NCBI RefSeq assembly: GCF_009914755.1
Contig: NC_060937.1
Reading direction: 5' to 3' (one strand)
DNA from: the human T2T-CHM13v2.0 reference genome, Homo sapiens
Length of the DNA stretch: 64,000 nucleotides
The first letter of the stretch is position 1. The number at the start of each line of letters is the position of its first letter. The notes beneath the pieces were generated by a model that worked only from the letters and a program-made list of their open reading frames with translations, had not been told where the DNA came from and searched no databases. Positions 23,001-38,000 of the stretch are shown here, one piece after another. A program made the translations under genes and the position numbers.

Positions 23001-26000
23001 AAAGCGCTCCAAATGTCCACATCCAGATACTCCAGAAAGAGTGTTTCAAACCTGCTCTATGAAAGGGAATCTTCAACTCTATGAGTTGAATGCAGACATC
23101 AGAAAGAAATTTCTGAGAATGCTGCTGTCTACCTTTTATTTGAATTCCCGCTTCCAACGAAATCCTCCAAGCTATCCAAATATCCACTTGCAGATTCCAC
23201 AAAAAGAGTGTTTCAAAACTGCTCTCTATCAATGGCAAAGTTCAACTCTGTTAGTTGAGGACACATATCACCAACAAGTTTCTGAGAATGCTTCTGTCTA
23301 TTTTTTATGGGAAGATATTTCCTTTTTCACCGTAGGCGTCAAGGCGATCGAAATGTCCACTTCCACAAACTACAAAAAGAGTGTTTCAAACCTGCTCTAT
23401 GAAAGGCCATGTTCATCTCTATGAGTCGAATGGAAATATCCGAAAGAAATTTCTGGGAATGCTGCTGTCTAGTTTTTATACGAATTCCCGCTTCCAACGA
23501 AATCCTCAAAGCAATCCAAATATCCACTTGCAGAATCCACAAAAAGAGTGTTTCAAAACTGCTCTATCAATAGAAAGGTTCAACTCTTTTAGTTGAGTAC
23601 ACACATCACAAACAAGTTTCTGAGAATGCTTCTGTCTGGCTTTTATTGGAAGACGTTTCCTTTTCACCAAAGGCATCAAAGCGCTCCAAATGTCCACTTC
23701 CAGATTCTTCCAAAAGAGTGTTTGAAACGTGCTCAAAGTAAGGGAATGTTCAACTCTGTGACTTGAATGCAGATATCACCAAGTAGTTTCTAATAGTGCT
23801 TCTGTCTAGATTTTAGATGATGATATTCCCGTTTCCAACGAAATCGTTAGAGCTATCCAAATATCCACTTACAGTTTCTACAAAAAGAGTGTTTCCAAAC
23901 TGCTGCATCAAAAGAAAGGTTCAACTCTGTTAGTTGAGGACACACATCACAAAGAAGTTTGTGAGAATGCTTCTGTCTAGATTTTGTATGACCATATTCC
24001 CTTTTCCAGCGATATCATTAAAGCAATCTAAATATCCATTTGCAGAATCCACAAAAATAGAGTTTCAAAGCTGCTCTGTAAAAAGAAAGGTTCCACTCTG
24101 TTAGCTGAGTACACACATCACAAACTTGTTTCTCAGAATCCTTCTGTCTCGTTTTTATGGGAAGATATTTACTTTTTCACCGTAGGCATCAAAGCGCTCC
24201 AAATGTCCACATCCAGATACTCCAGAAAGAGTGTTTCAAACCTGCTCTATGAAAGGGAATCTTCAACTCTATGAGTTGAATGCAGACATCAGAAAGAAAT
24301 TTCTGAGAATGCTGCTGTCTACCTTTTATTTGAATTCCCGCTTCCAACGAAATCCTCCAAGCTATCCAAATATCCACCTGCATTTTCCACAAAAAGAGCG
24401 TTTCAAAACTGCTCTATCAATAGAAATGTTCAACTCCTTTGGCTGGGTACACACATCACAAACAAGTTTCTGAGAATGCTTCTGTCTAGTTTTTATGGGA
24501 AGACATTCCCTTTTTCACCAAAGGCATCAAAGCGCTCCAAATGTCCACTTCCAGACACTACAAAAAGAGTGTTTCCAACGTGCTCTAAGAAAGCGAATGT
24601 TCAACTCTGTGACTTGAATGCAGATATCACAAAGTAGTTTCTGAGAGGGCTTCTGTCTAGATTTTAGATGATGATATTCCCGTTTCCAACGAAATCATTA
24701 GAGCTATCCAAATATCCACTTACAGTTTCTACAAAAAGAGTGTTTCCAAACTGCTGCATCAAAAGAGAGGTTCCACTCTGTTAGCTGAGTACACACATCA
24801 CAAACTTGTTTCTCAGAATCCTTCTGTCTCGTTTTTCTGGGAAGATATTTACTTTTTCACCGTAGGCATCAAAGCGCTCCAAATGTCCACATCCAGATAC
24901 TCCAGAAAGAGTGTTTCAAACCTGCTCTATGAAAGGGAATCTTCAACTCTATGAGTTGAATGCAGACATCAGAAAGAAATTTCTGAGAATGCTGCTGTCT
25001 ACCTTTTATTTGAATTCCCGCTTCCAACGAAATCCTCCAAGCTATCCAAATATCCACTTGCAGATTCCACAAAAAGAGTGTTTCAAAACTGCTCTCTATC
25101 AATGGCAAAGTTCAACTCTGTTAGTTGAGGACACATATCACCAACAAGTTTCTGAGAATGCTTCTGTCTATTTTTTATGGGAAGATATTTCCTTTTTCAC
25201 CGTAGGCGTCAAGGCGATCGAAATGTCCACTTCCACAAACTACAAAAAGAGTGTTTCAAACCTGCTCTATGAAAGGCCATGTTCATCTCTATGAGTCGAA
25301 TGGAAATATCCGAAAGAAATTTCTGGGAATGCTGCTGTCTAGTTTTTATACGAATTCCCGCTTCCAACGAAATCCTCAAAGCAATCCAAATATCCACTTG
25401 CAGAATCCACAAAAAGAGTGTTTCAAAACTGCTCTATCAATAGAAAGGTTCAACTCTTTTAGTTGAGTACACACATCACAAACAAGTTTCTGAGAATGCT
25501 TCTGTCTGGCTTTTATTGGAAGACGTTTCCTTTTCACCAAAGGCATCAAAGCGCTCCAAATGTCCACTTCCAGATTCTTCCAAAAGAGTGTTTGAAACGT
25601 GCTCAAAGTAAGGGAATGTTCAACTCTGTGACTTGAATGCAGATATCACCAAGTAGTTTCTAATAGTGCTTCTGTCTAGATTTTAGATGATGATATTCCC
25701 GTTTCCAACGAAATCGTTAGAGCTATCCAAATATCCACTTACAGTTTCTACAAAAAGAGTGTTTCCAAACTGCTGCATCAAAAGAAAGGTTCAACTCTGT
25801 TAGTTGAGGACACACATCACAAAGAAGTTTGTGAGAATGCTTCTGTCTAGATTTTGTATGACCATATTCCCTTTTCCAGCGATATCATTAAAGCAATCTA
25901 AATATCCATTTGCAGAATCCACAAAAATAGAGTTTCAAAGCTGCTCTGTAAAAAGAAAGGTTCCACTCTGTTAGCTGAGTACACACATCACAAACTTGTT

Positions 26001-29000
26001 TCTCAGAATCCTTCTGTCTCGTTTTTCTGGGAAGATATTTACTTTTTCACCGTAGGCATCAAAGCGCTCCAAATGTCCACATCCAGATACTCCAGAAAGA
26101 GTGTTTCAAACCTGCTCTATGAAAGGGAATCTTCAACTCTATGAGTTGAATGCAGACATCAGAAAGAAATTTCTGAGAATGCTGCTGTCTACCTTTTATT
26201 TGAATTCCCGCTTCCAACGAAATCCTCCAAGCTATCCAAATATCCACCTGCATTTTCCACAAAAAGAGCGTTTCAAAACTGCTCTATCAATAGAAATGTT
26301 CAACTCCTTTGGCTGGGTACACACATCACAAACAAGTTTCTGAGAATGCTTCTGTCTAGTTTTTATGGGAAGACATTCCCTTTTTCACCAAAGGCATCAA
26401 AGCGCTCCAAATGTCCACTTCCAGACACTACAAAAAGAGTGTTTCCAACGTGCTCTAAGAAAGCGAATGTTCAACTCTGTGACTTGAATGCAGATATCAC
26501 AAAGTAGTTTCTGAGAGGGCTTCTGTCTAGATTTTAGATGATGATATTCCCGTTTCCAACGAAATCATTAGAGCTATCCAAATATCCACTTACAGTTTCT
26601 ACAAAAAGAGTGTTTCCAAACTGCTGCATCAAAAGAGAGGTTCCACTCTGTTAGCTGAGTACACACATCACAAACTTGTTTCTGAGAATCCTTCTGTCTC
26701 GTTTTTATGGGAAGATATTTACTTTTTCACCGTAGGCATCAAAGCGCTCCAAATGTCCACATCCAGATACTCCAGAAAGAGTGTTTCAAACCTGCTCTAT
26801 GAAAGGGAATCTTCAACTCTATGAGTTGAATGCAGACATCAGAAAGAAATTTCTGAGAATGCTGCTGTCTACCTTTTATTTGAACTCCCGCTTCCAACGA
26901 AATCCTCCAAGCTATCCAAATATCCACTTGCATTTTCCACAAAAAGAGTGCTTCAAAACTGCTCTATCAATAGAAATGTTCAACTCCTTTAGCTGGGTGC
27001 ACACATCACAAACAAGTTTCTGAGAATGCTTCTGTCTAGTTTTTATGGGAAGACATTCCCTTTTTCACCAAAGGCATCAAAGCGCTCCAAATGTCCACTT
27101 CCAGACACTACAAAAAGAGTGTTTCCAACGTGCTCTAAGAAAGCGAATGTTCAACTCTGTGACTTGAATGCAGATATCACAAAGTAGTTTCTGAGAGGGC
27201 TTCTGTCTAGATTTTAGATGATGATATTCCCGTTTCCAACGAAATCATTAGAGCTATCCAAATATCCACTTACAGTTTCTACAAAAAGAGTGTTTCCAAA
27301 CTGCTGCATCAAAAGAGAGGTTCCACTCTGTTAGCTGAGTACACACATCACAAACTTGTTTCTGAGAATCCTTCTGTGTCGTTTTTATGGGAAGATATTT
27401 ACTTTTTCACCGTAGGCATCAAAGCGCTCCAAATGTCCACATCCAGATACTCCAGAAAGAGTGTTTCAAACCTGCTCTATGAAAGGGAATCTTCAACTCT
27501 ATGAGTTGAATGCAGACATCAGAAAGAAATTTCTGAGAATGCTGCTGTCTACCTTTTATTTGAATTCCCGCTTCCAACGAAATCCTCCAAGCTATCCAAA
27601 TATCCACTTGCAGATTCCACAAAAAGAGTGTTTCAAAACTGCTCTCTATCAATGGCAAAGTTCAACTCTGTTAGTTGAGGACACATATCACCAACAAGTT
27701 TCTGAGAATGCTTCTGTCTATTTTTTATGGGAAGATATTTCCTTTTTCACCGTAGGCGTCAAGGCGATCGAAATGTCCACTTCCACAAACTACAAAAAGA
27801 GTGTTTCAAACCTGCTCTATGAAAGGCCATGTTCATCTCTATGAGTCGAATGGAAATATCCGAAAGAAATTTCTGGGAATGCTGCTGTCTAGTTTTTATA
27901 CGAATTCCCGCTTCCAACGAAATCCTCAAAGCAATCCAAATATCCACTTGCAGAATCCACAAAAAGAGTGTTTCAAAACTGCTCTATCAATAGAAAGGTT
28001 CAACTCTTTTAGTTGAGTACACACATCACAAACAAGTTTCTGAGAATGCTTCTGTCTGGCTTTTATTGGAAGACGTTTCCTTTTCACCAAAGGCATCAAA
28101 GCGCTCCAAATGTCCACTTCCAGATTCTTCCAAAAGAGTGTTTGAAACGTGCTCAAAGTAAGGGAATGTTCAACTCTGTGACTTGAATGCAGATATCACC
28201 AAGTAGTTTCTAATAGTGCTTCTGTCTAGATTTTAGATGATGATATTCCCGTTTCCAACGAAATCGTTAGAGCTATCCAAATATCCACTTACAGTTTCTA
28301 CAAAAAGAGTGTTTCCAAACTGCTGCATCAAAAGAAAGGTTCAACTCTGTTAGTTGAGGACACACGTCACAAAGAAGTTTGTGAGAATGCTTCTGTCTAG
28401 ATTTTGTATGACCATATTCCCTTTTCCAGCGATATCATTAAAGCAATCTAAATATCCATTTGCAGAATCCACAAAAATAGAGTTTCAAAGCTGCTCTGTA
28501 AAAAGAAAGGTTCCACTCTGTTAGCTGAGTACACACATCACAAACTTGTTTCTGAGAATCCTTCTGTCTCGTTTTTATGGGAAGATATTTACTTTTTCAC
28601 CGTAGGCATCAAAGCGCTCCAAATGTCCACATCCAGATACTCCAGAAAGAGTGTTTCAAACCTGCTCTATGAAAGGGAATCTTCAACTCTATGAGTTGAA
28701 TGCAGACATCAGAAAGAAATTTCTGAGAATGCTGCTGTCTACCTTTTATTTGAATTCCCGCTTCCAACGAAATCCTCCAAGCTATCCAAATATCCACCTG
28801 CATTTTCCACAAAAAGAGCGTTTCAAAACTGCTCTATCAATAGAAATGTTCAACTCCTTTGGCTGGGTACACACATCACAAACAAGTTTCTGAGAATGCT
28901 TCTGTCTAGTTTTTATGGGAAGACATTCCCTTTTTCACCAAAGGCATCAAAGCGCTCCAAATGTCCACTTCCAGACACTACAAAAAGAGTGTTTCCAACG

Positions 29001-32000
29001 TGCTCTAAGAAAGCGAATGTTCAACTCTGTGACTTGAATGCAGATATCACAAAGTAGTTTCTGAGAGGGCTTCTGTCTAGATTTTAGATGATGATATTCC
29101 CGTTTCCAACGAAATCATTAGAGCTATCCAAATATCCACTTACAGTTTCTACAAAAAGAGTGTTTCCAAACTGCTGCATCAAAAGAGAGGTTCCACTCTG
29201 TTAGCTGAGTACACACATCACAAACTTGTTTCTCAGAATCCTTCTGTCTCGTTTTTATGGGAAGATATTTACTTTTTCACCGTAGGCATCAAAGCGCTCC
29301 AAATGTCCACATCCAGATACTCCAGAAAGAGTGTTTCAAACCTGCTCTATGAAAGGGAATCTTCAACTCTATGAGTTGAATGCAGACATCAGAAAGAAAT
29401 TTCTGAGAATGCTGCTGTCTACCTTTTATTTGAATTCCCGCTTCCAACGAAATCCTCCAAGCTATCCAAATATCCACTTGCAGATTCCACAAAAAGAGTG
29501 TTTCAAAACTGCTCTCTATCAATGGCAAAGTTCAACTCTGTTAGTTGAGGACACATATCACCAACAAGTTTCTGAGAATGCTTCTGTCTATTTTTTATGG
29601 GAAGATATTTCCTTTTTCACCGTAGGCGTCAAGGCGATCGAAATGTCCACTTCCACAAACTACAAAAAGAGTGTTTCAAACCTGCTCTATGAAAGGCCAT
29701 GTTCATCTCTATGAGTCGAATGGAAATATCCGAAAGAAATTTCTGGGAATGCTGCTGTCTAGTTTTTATACGAATTCCCGCTTCCAACGAAATCCTCAAA
29801 GCAATCCAAATATCCACTTGCAGAATCCACAAAAAGAGTGTTTCAAAACTGCTCTATCAATAGAAAGGTTCAACTCTTTTAGTTGAGTACACACATCACA
29901 AACAAGTTTCTGAGAATGCTTCTGTCTGGCTTTTATTGGAAGACGTTTCCTTTTCACCAAAGGCATCAAAGCGCTCCAAATGTCCACTTCCAGATTCTTC
30001 CAAAAGAGTGTTTGAAACGTGCTCAAAGTAAGGGAATGTTCAACTCTGTGACTTGAATGCAGATATCACCAAGTAGTTTCTAATAGTGCTTCTGTCTAGA
30101 TTTTAGATGATGATATTCCCGTTTCCAACGAAATCGTTAGAGCTATCCAAATATCCACTTACAGTTTCTACAAAAAGAGTGTTTCCAAACTGCTGCATCA
30201 AAAGAAAGGTTCAACTCTGTTAGTTGAGGACACACGTCACAAAGAAGTTTGTGAGAATGCTTCTGTCTAGATTTTGTATGACCATATTCCCTTTTCCAGC
30301 GATATCATTAAAGCAATCTAAATATCCATTTGCAGAATCCACAAAAATAGAGTTTCAAAGCTGCTCTGTAAAAAGAAAGGTTCCACTCTGTTAGCTGAGT
30401 ACACACATCACAAACTTGTTTCTGAGAATCCTTCTGTCTCGTTTTTATGGGAAGATATTTACTTTTTCACCGTAGGCATCAAAGCGCTCCAAATGTCCAC
30501 ATCCAGATACTCCAGAAAGAGTGTTTCAAACCTGCTCTATGAAAGGGAATCTTCAACTCTATGAGTTGAATGCAGACATCAGAAAGAAATTTCTGAGAAT
30601 GCTGCTGTCTACCTTTTATTTGAATTCCCGCTTCCAACGAAATCCTCCAAGCTATCCAAATATCCACCTGCATTTTCCACAAAAAGAGCGTTTCAAAACT
30701 GCTCTATCAATAGAAATGTTCAACTCCTTTGGCTGGGTACACACATCACAAACAAGTTTCTGAGAATGCTTCTGTCTAGTTTTTATGGGAAGACATTCCC
30801 TTTTTCACCAAAGGCATCAAAGCGCTCCAAATGTCCACTTCCAGACACTACAAAAAGAGTGTTTCCAACGTGCTCTAAGAAAGCGAATGTTCAACTCTGT
30901 GACTTGAATGCAGATATCACAAAGTAGTTTCTGAGAGGGCTTCTGTCTAGATTTTAGATGATGATATTCCCGTTTCCAACGAAATCATTAGAGCTATCCA
31001 AATATCCACTTACAGTTTCTACAAAAAGAGTGTTTCCAAACTGCTGCATCAAAAGAGAGGTTCCACTCTGTTAGCTGAGTACACACATCACAAACTTGTT
31101 TCTCAGAATCCTTCTGTCTCGTTTTTCTGGGAAGATATTTACTTTTTCACCGTAGGCATCAAAGCGCTCCAAATGTCCACATCCAGATACTCCAGAAAGA
31201 GTGTTTCAAACCTGCTCTATGAAAGGGAATCTTCAACTCTATGAGTTGAATGCAGACATCAGAAAGAAATTTCTGAGAATGCTGCTGTCTACCTTTTATT
31301 TGAATTCCCGCTTCCAACGAAATCCTCCAAGCTATCCAAATATCCACTTGCAGATTCCACAAAAAGAGTGTTTCAAAACTGCTCTCTATCAATGGCAAAG
31401 TTCAACTCTGTTAGTTGAGGACACATATCACCAACAAGTTTCTGAGAATGCTTCTGTCTATTTTTTATGGGAAGATATTTCCTTTTTCACCGTAGGCGTC
31501 AAGGCGATCGAAATGTCCACTTCCACAAACTACAAAAAGAGTGTTTCAAACCTGCTCTATGAAAGGCCATGTTCATCTCTATGAGTCGAATGGAAATATC
31601 CGAAAGAAATTTCTGGGAATGCTGCTGTCTAGTTTTTATACGAATTCCCGCTTCCAACGAAATCCTCAAAGCAATCCAAATATCCACTTGCAGAATCCAC
31701 AAAAAGAGTGTTTCAAAACTGCTCTATCAATAGAAAGGTTCAACTCTTTTAGTTGAGTACACACATCACAAACAAGTTTCTGAGAATGCTTCTGTCTGGC
31801 TTTTATTGGAAGACGTTTCCTTTTCACCAAAGGCATCAAAGCGCTCCAAATGTCCACTTCCAGATTCTTCCAAAAGAGTGTTTGAAACGTGCTCAAAGTA
31901 AGGGAATGTTCAACTCTGTGACTTGAATGCAGATATCACCAAGTAGTTTCTAATAGTGCTTCTGTCTAGATTTTAGATGATGATATTCCCGTTTCCAACG

Positions 32001-35000
32001 AAATCGTTAGAGCTATCCAAATATCCACTTACAGTTGCTACAAAAAGAGTGTTTCCAAACTGCTGCATCAAAAGAAAGGTTCAACTCTGTTAGTTGAGGA
32101 CACACATCACAAAGAAGTTTGTGAGAATGCTTCTGTCTAGATTTTGTATGACCATATTCCCTTTTCCAGCGATATCATTAAAGCAATCTAAATATCCATT
32201 TGCAGAATCCACAAAAATAGAGTTTCAAAGCTGCTCTGTAAAAAGAAAGGTTCCACTCTGTTAGCTGAGTACACACATCACAAACTTGTTTCTCAGAATC
32301 CTTCTGTCTCGTTTTTATGGGAAGATATTTACTTTTTCACCGTAGGCATCAAAGCGCTCCAAATGTCCACATCCAGATACTCCAGAAAGAGTGTTTCAAA
32401 CCTGCTCTATGAAAGGGAATCTTCAACTCTATGAGTTGAATGCAGACATCAGAAAGAAATTTCTGAGAATGCTGCTGTCTACCTTTTATTTGAACTCCCG
32501 CTTCCAACGAAATCCTCCAAGCTATCCAAATATCCACTTGCATTTTCCACAAAAAGAGTGCTTCAAAACTGCTCTATCAATAAATGTTCAACTCCTTTAG
32601 CTGGGTGCACACATCACAAACAAGTTTCTGAGAATGCTTCTGTCTAGTTTTTATGGGAAGACATTCCCTTTTTCACCAAAGGCATCAAAGCGCTCCAAAT
32701 GTCCACTTCCAGACACTACAAAAAGAGTGTTTCCAACGTGCTCTAAGAAAGCGAATGTTCAACTCTGTGACTTGAATGCAGATATCACAAAGTAGTTTCT
32801 GAGAGGGCTTCTGTCTAGATTTTAGATGATGATATTCCCGTTTCCAACGAAATCATTAGAGCTATCCAAATATCCACTTACAGTTTCTACAAAAAGAGTG
32901 TTTCCAAACTGCTGCATCAAAAGAGAGGTTCCACTCTGTTAGCTGAGTACACACATCACAAACTTGTTTCTGAGAATCCTTCTGTGTCGTTTTTATGGGA
33001 AGATATTTACTTTTTCACCGTAGGCATCAAAGCGCTCCAAATGTCCACATCCAGATACTCCAGAAAGAGTGTTTCAAACCTGCTCTATGAAAGGGAATCT
33101 TCAACTCTATGAGTTGAATGCAGACATCAGAAAGAAATTTCTGAGAATGCTGCTGTCTACCTTTTATTTGAATTCCCGCTTCCAACGAAATCCTCCAAGC
33201 TATCCAAATATCCACTTGCAGATTCCACAAAAAGAGTGTTTCAAAACTGCTCTCTATCAATGGCAAAGTTCAACTCTGTTAGTTGAGGACACATATCACC
33301 AACAAGTTTCTGAGAATGCTTCTGTCTATTTTTTATGGGAAGATATTTCCTTTTTCACCGTAGGCGTCAAGGCGATCGAAATGTCCACTTCCACAAACTA
33401 CAAAAAGAGTGTTTCAAACCTGCTCTATGAAAGGCCATGTTCATCTCTATGAGTCGAATGGAAATATCCGAAAGAAATTTCTGGGAATGCTGCTGTCTAG
33501 TTTTTATACGAATTCCCGCTTCCAACGAAATCCTCAAAGCAATCCAAATATCCACTTGCAGAATCCACAAAAAGAGTGTTTCAAAACTGCTCTATCAATA
33601 GAAAGGTTCAACTCTTTTAGTTGAGTACACACATCACAAACAAGTTTCTGAGAATGCTTCTGTCTGGCTTTTATTGGAAGACGTTTCCTTTTCACCAAAG
33701 GCATCAAAGCGCTCCAAATGTCCACTTCCAGATTCTTCCAAAAGAGTGTTTGAAACGTGCTCAAAGTAAGGGAATGTTCAACTCTGTGACTTGAATGCAG
33801 ATATCACCAAGTAGTTTCTAATAGTGCTTCTGTCTAGATTTTAGATGATGATATTCCCGTTTCCAACGAAATCGTTAGAGCTATCCAAATATCCACTTAC
33901 AGTTTCTACAAAAAGAGTGTTTCCAAACTGCTGCATCAAAAGAAAGGTTCAACTCTGTTAGTTGAGGACACACGTCACAAAGAAGTTTGTGAGAATGCTT
34001 CTGTCTAGATTTTGTATGACCATATTCCCTTTTCCAGCGATATCATTAAAGCAATCTAAATATCCATTTGCAGAATCCACAAAAATAGAGTTTCAAAGCT
34101 GCTCTGTAAAAAGAAAGGTTCCACTCTGTTAGCTGAGTACACACATCACAAACTTGTTTCTGAGAATCCTTCTGTCTCGTTTTTATGGGAAGATATTTAC
34201 TTTTTCACCGTAGGCATCAAAGCGCTCCAAATGTCCACATCCAGATACTCCAGAAAGAGTGTTTCAAACCTGCTCTATGAAAGGGAATCTTCAACTCTAT
34301 GAGTTGAATGCAGACATCAGAAAGAAATTTCTGAGAATGCTGCTGTCTACCTTTTATTTGAATTCCCGCTTCCAACGAAATCCTCCAAGCTATCCAAATA
34401 TCCACCTGCATTTTCCACAAAAAGAGCGTTTCAAAACTGCTCTATCAATAGAAATGTTCAACTCCTTTGGCTGGGTACACACATCACAAACAAGTTTCTG
34501 AGAATGCTTCTGTCTAGTTTTTATGGGAAGACATTCCCTTTTTCACCAAAGGCATCAAAGCGCTCCAAATGTCCACTTCCAGACACTACAAAAAGAGTGT
34601 TTCCAACGTGCTCTAAGAAAGCGAATGTTCAACTCTGTGACTTGAATGCAGATATCACAAAGTAGTTTCTGAGAGGGCTTCTGTCTAGATTTTAGATGAT
34701 GATATTCCCGTTTCCAACGAAATCATTAGAGCTATCCAAATATCCACTTACAGTTTCTACAAAAAGAGTGTTTCCAAACTGCTGCATCAAAAGAGAGGTT
34801 CCACTCTGTTAGCTGAGTACACACATCACAAACTTGTTTCTCAGAATCCTTCTGTCTCGTTTTTCTGGGAAGATATTTACTTTTTCACCGTAGGCATCAA
34901 AGCGCTCCAAATGTCCACATCCAGATACTCCAGAAAGAGTGTTTCAAACCTGCTCTATGAAAGGGAATCTTCAACTCTATGAGTTGAATGCAGACATCAG

Positions 35001-38000
35001 AAAGAAATTTCTGAGAATGCTGCTGTCTACCTTTTATTTGAATTCCCGCTTCCAACGAAATCCTCCAAGCTATCCAAATATCCACTTGCAGATTCCACAA
35101 AAAGAGTGTTTCAAAACTGCTCTCTATCAATGGCAAAGTTCAACTCTGTTAGTTGAGGACACATATCACCAACAAGTTTCTGAGAATGCTTCTGTCTATT
35201 TTTTATGGGAAGATATTTCCTTTTTCACCGTAGGCGTCAAGGCGATCGAAATGTCCACTTCCACAAACTACAAAAAGAGTGTTTCAAACCTGCTCTATGA
35301 AAGGCCATGTTCATCTCTATGAGTCGAATGGAAATATCCGAAAGAAATTTCTGGGAATGCTGCTGTCTAGTTTTTATACGAATTCCCGCTTCCAACGAAA
35401 TCCTCAAAGCAATCCAAATATCCACTTGCAGAATCCACAAAAAGAGTGTTTCAAAACTGCTCTATCAATAGAAAGGTTCAACTCTTTTAGTTGAGTACAC
35501 ACATCACAAACAAGTTTCTGAGAATGCTTCTGTCTGGCTTTTATTGGAAGATGTTTCCTTTTCACCAAAGGCATCAAAGCGCTCCAAATGTCCACTTCCA
35601 GATTCTTCCAAAAGAGTGTTTGAAACGTGCTCAAAGTAAGGGAATGTTCAACTCCGTGACTTGAATGCAGATATCACCAAGTAGTTTCTAATAGTGCTTC
35701 TGTCTAGATTTTAGATGATGATATTCCCGTTTCCAACGAAATCGTTAGAGCTATCCAAATATCCACTTACAGTTGCTACAAAAAGAGTGTTTCCAAACTG
35801 CTGCATCAAAAGAAAGGTTCAACTCTGTTAGTTGAGGACACACATCACAAAGAAGTTTGTGAGAATGCTTCTGTCTAGATTTTGTATGACCATATTCCCT
35901 TTTCCAGCGATATCATTAAAGCAATCTAAATATCCATTTGCAGAATCCACAAAAATAGAGTTTCAAAGCTGCTCTGTAAAAAGAAAGGTTCCACTCTGTT
36001 AGCTGAGTACACACATCACAAACTTGTTTCTCAGAATCCTTCTGTCTCGTTTTTATGGGAAGATATTTACTTTTTCACCGTAGGCATCAAAGCGCTCCAA
36101 ATGTCCACATCCAGATATTCCAGAAAGAGTGTTTCAAACCTGCTCTATGAAAGGGAATCTTCAACTCTATGAGTTGAATGCAGACATCAGAAAGAAATTT
36201 CTGAGAATGCTGCTGTCTACCTTTTATTTGAACTCCCGCTTCCAACGAAATCCTCCAAGCTATCCAAATATCCACTTGCATTTTCCACAAAAAGAGTGCT
36301 TCAAAACTGCTCTATCAATAAATGTTCAACTCCTTTAGCTGGGTGCACACATCACAAACAAGTTTCTGAGAATGCTTCTGTCTAGTTTTTATGGGAAGAC
36401 ATTCCCTTTTTCACCAAAGGCATCAAAGCGCTCCAAATGTCCACTTCCAGACACTACAAAAAGAGTGTTTCCAACGTGCTCTAAGAAAGCGAATGTTCAA
36501 CTCTGTGACTTGAATGCAGATATCACAAAGTAGTTTCTGAGAGGGCTTCTGTCTAGATTTTAGATGATGATATTCCCGTTTCCAACGAAATCATTAGAGC
36601 TATCCAAATATCCACTTACAGTTTCTACAAAAAGAGTGTTTCCAAACTGCTGCATCAAAAGAGAGGTTCCACTCTGTTAGCTGAGTACACACATCACAAA
36701 CTTGTTTCTGAGAATCCTTCTGTGTCGTTTTTATGGGAAGATATTTACTTTTTCACCGTAGGCATCAAAGCGCTCCAAATGTCCACATCCAGATACTCCA
36801 GAAAGAGTGTTTCAAACCTGCTCTATGAAAGGGAATCTTCAACTCTATGAGTTGAATGCAGACATCAGAAAGAAATTTCTGAGAATGCTGCTGTCTACCT
36901 TTTATTTGAATTCCCGCTTCCAACGAAATCCTCCAAGCTATCCAAATATCCACTTGCAGATTCCACAAAAAGAGTGTTTCAAAACTGCTCTCTATCAATG
37001 GCAAAGTTCAACTCTGTTAGTTGAGGACACATATCACCAACAAGTTTCTGAGAATGCTTCTGTCTATTTTTTATGGGAAGATATTTCCTTTTTCACCGTA
37101 GGCGTCAAGGCGATCGAAATGTCCACTTCCACAAACTACAAAAAGAGTGTTTCAAACCTGCTCTATGAAAGGCCATGTTCATCTCTATGAGTCGAATGGA
37201 AATATCCGAAAGAAATTTCTGGGAATGCTGCTGTCTAGTTTTTATACGAATTCCCGCTTCCAACGAAATCCTCAAAGCAATCCAAATATCCACTTGCAGA
37301 ATCCACAAAAAGAGTGTTTCAAAACTGCTCTATCAATAGAAAGGTTCAACTCTTTTAGTTGAGTACACACATCACAAACAAGTTTCTGAGAATGCTTCTG
37401 TCTGGCTTTTATTGGAAGACGTTTCCTTTTCACCAAAGGCATCAAAGCGCTCCAAATGTCCACTTCCAGATTCTTCCAAAAGAGTGTTTGAAACGTGCTC
37501 AAAGTAAGGGAATGTTCAACTCTGTGACTTGAATGCAGATATCACCAAGTAGTTTCTAATAGTGCTTCTGTCTAGATTTTAGATGATGATATTCCCGTTT
37601 CCAACGAAATCGTTAGAGCTATCCAAATATCCACTTACAGTTTCTACAAAAAGAGTGTTTCCAAACTGCTGCATCAAAAGAAAGGTTCAACTCTGTTAGT
37701 TGAGGACACACATCACAAAGAAGTTTGTGAGAATGCTTCTGTCTAGATTTTGTATGACCATATTCCCTTTTCCAGCGATATCATTAAAGCAATCTAAATA
37801 TCCATTTGCAGAATCCACAAAAATAGAGTTTCAAAGCTGCTCTGTAAAAAGAAAGGTTCCACTCTGTTAGCTGAGTACACACATCACAAACTTGTTTCTC
37901 AGAATCCTTCTGTCTCGTTTTTATGGGAAGATATTTACTTTTTCACCGTAGGCATCAAAGCGCTCCAAATGTCCACATCCAGATACTCCAGAAAGAGTGT

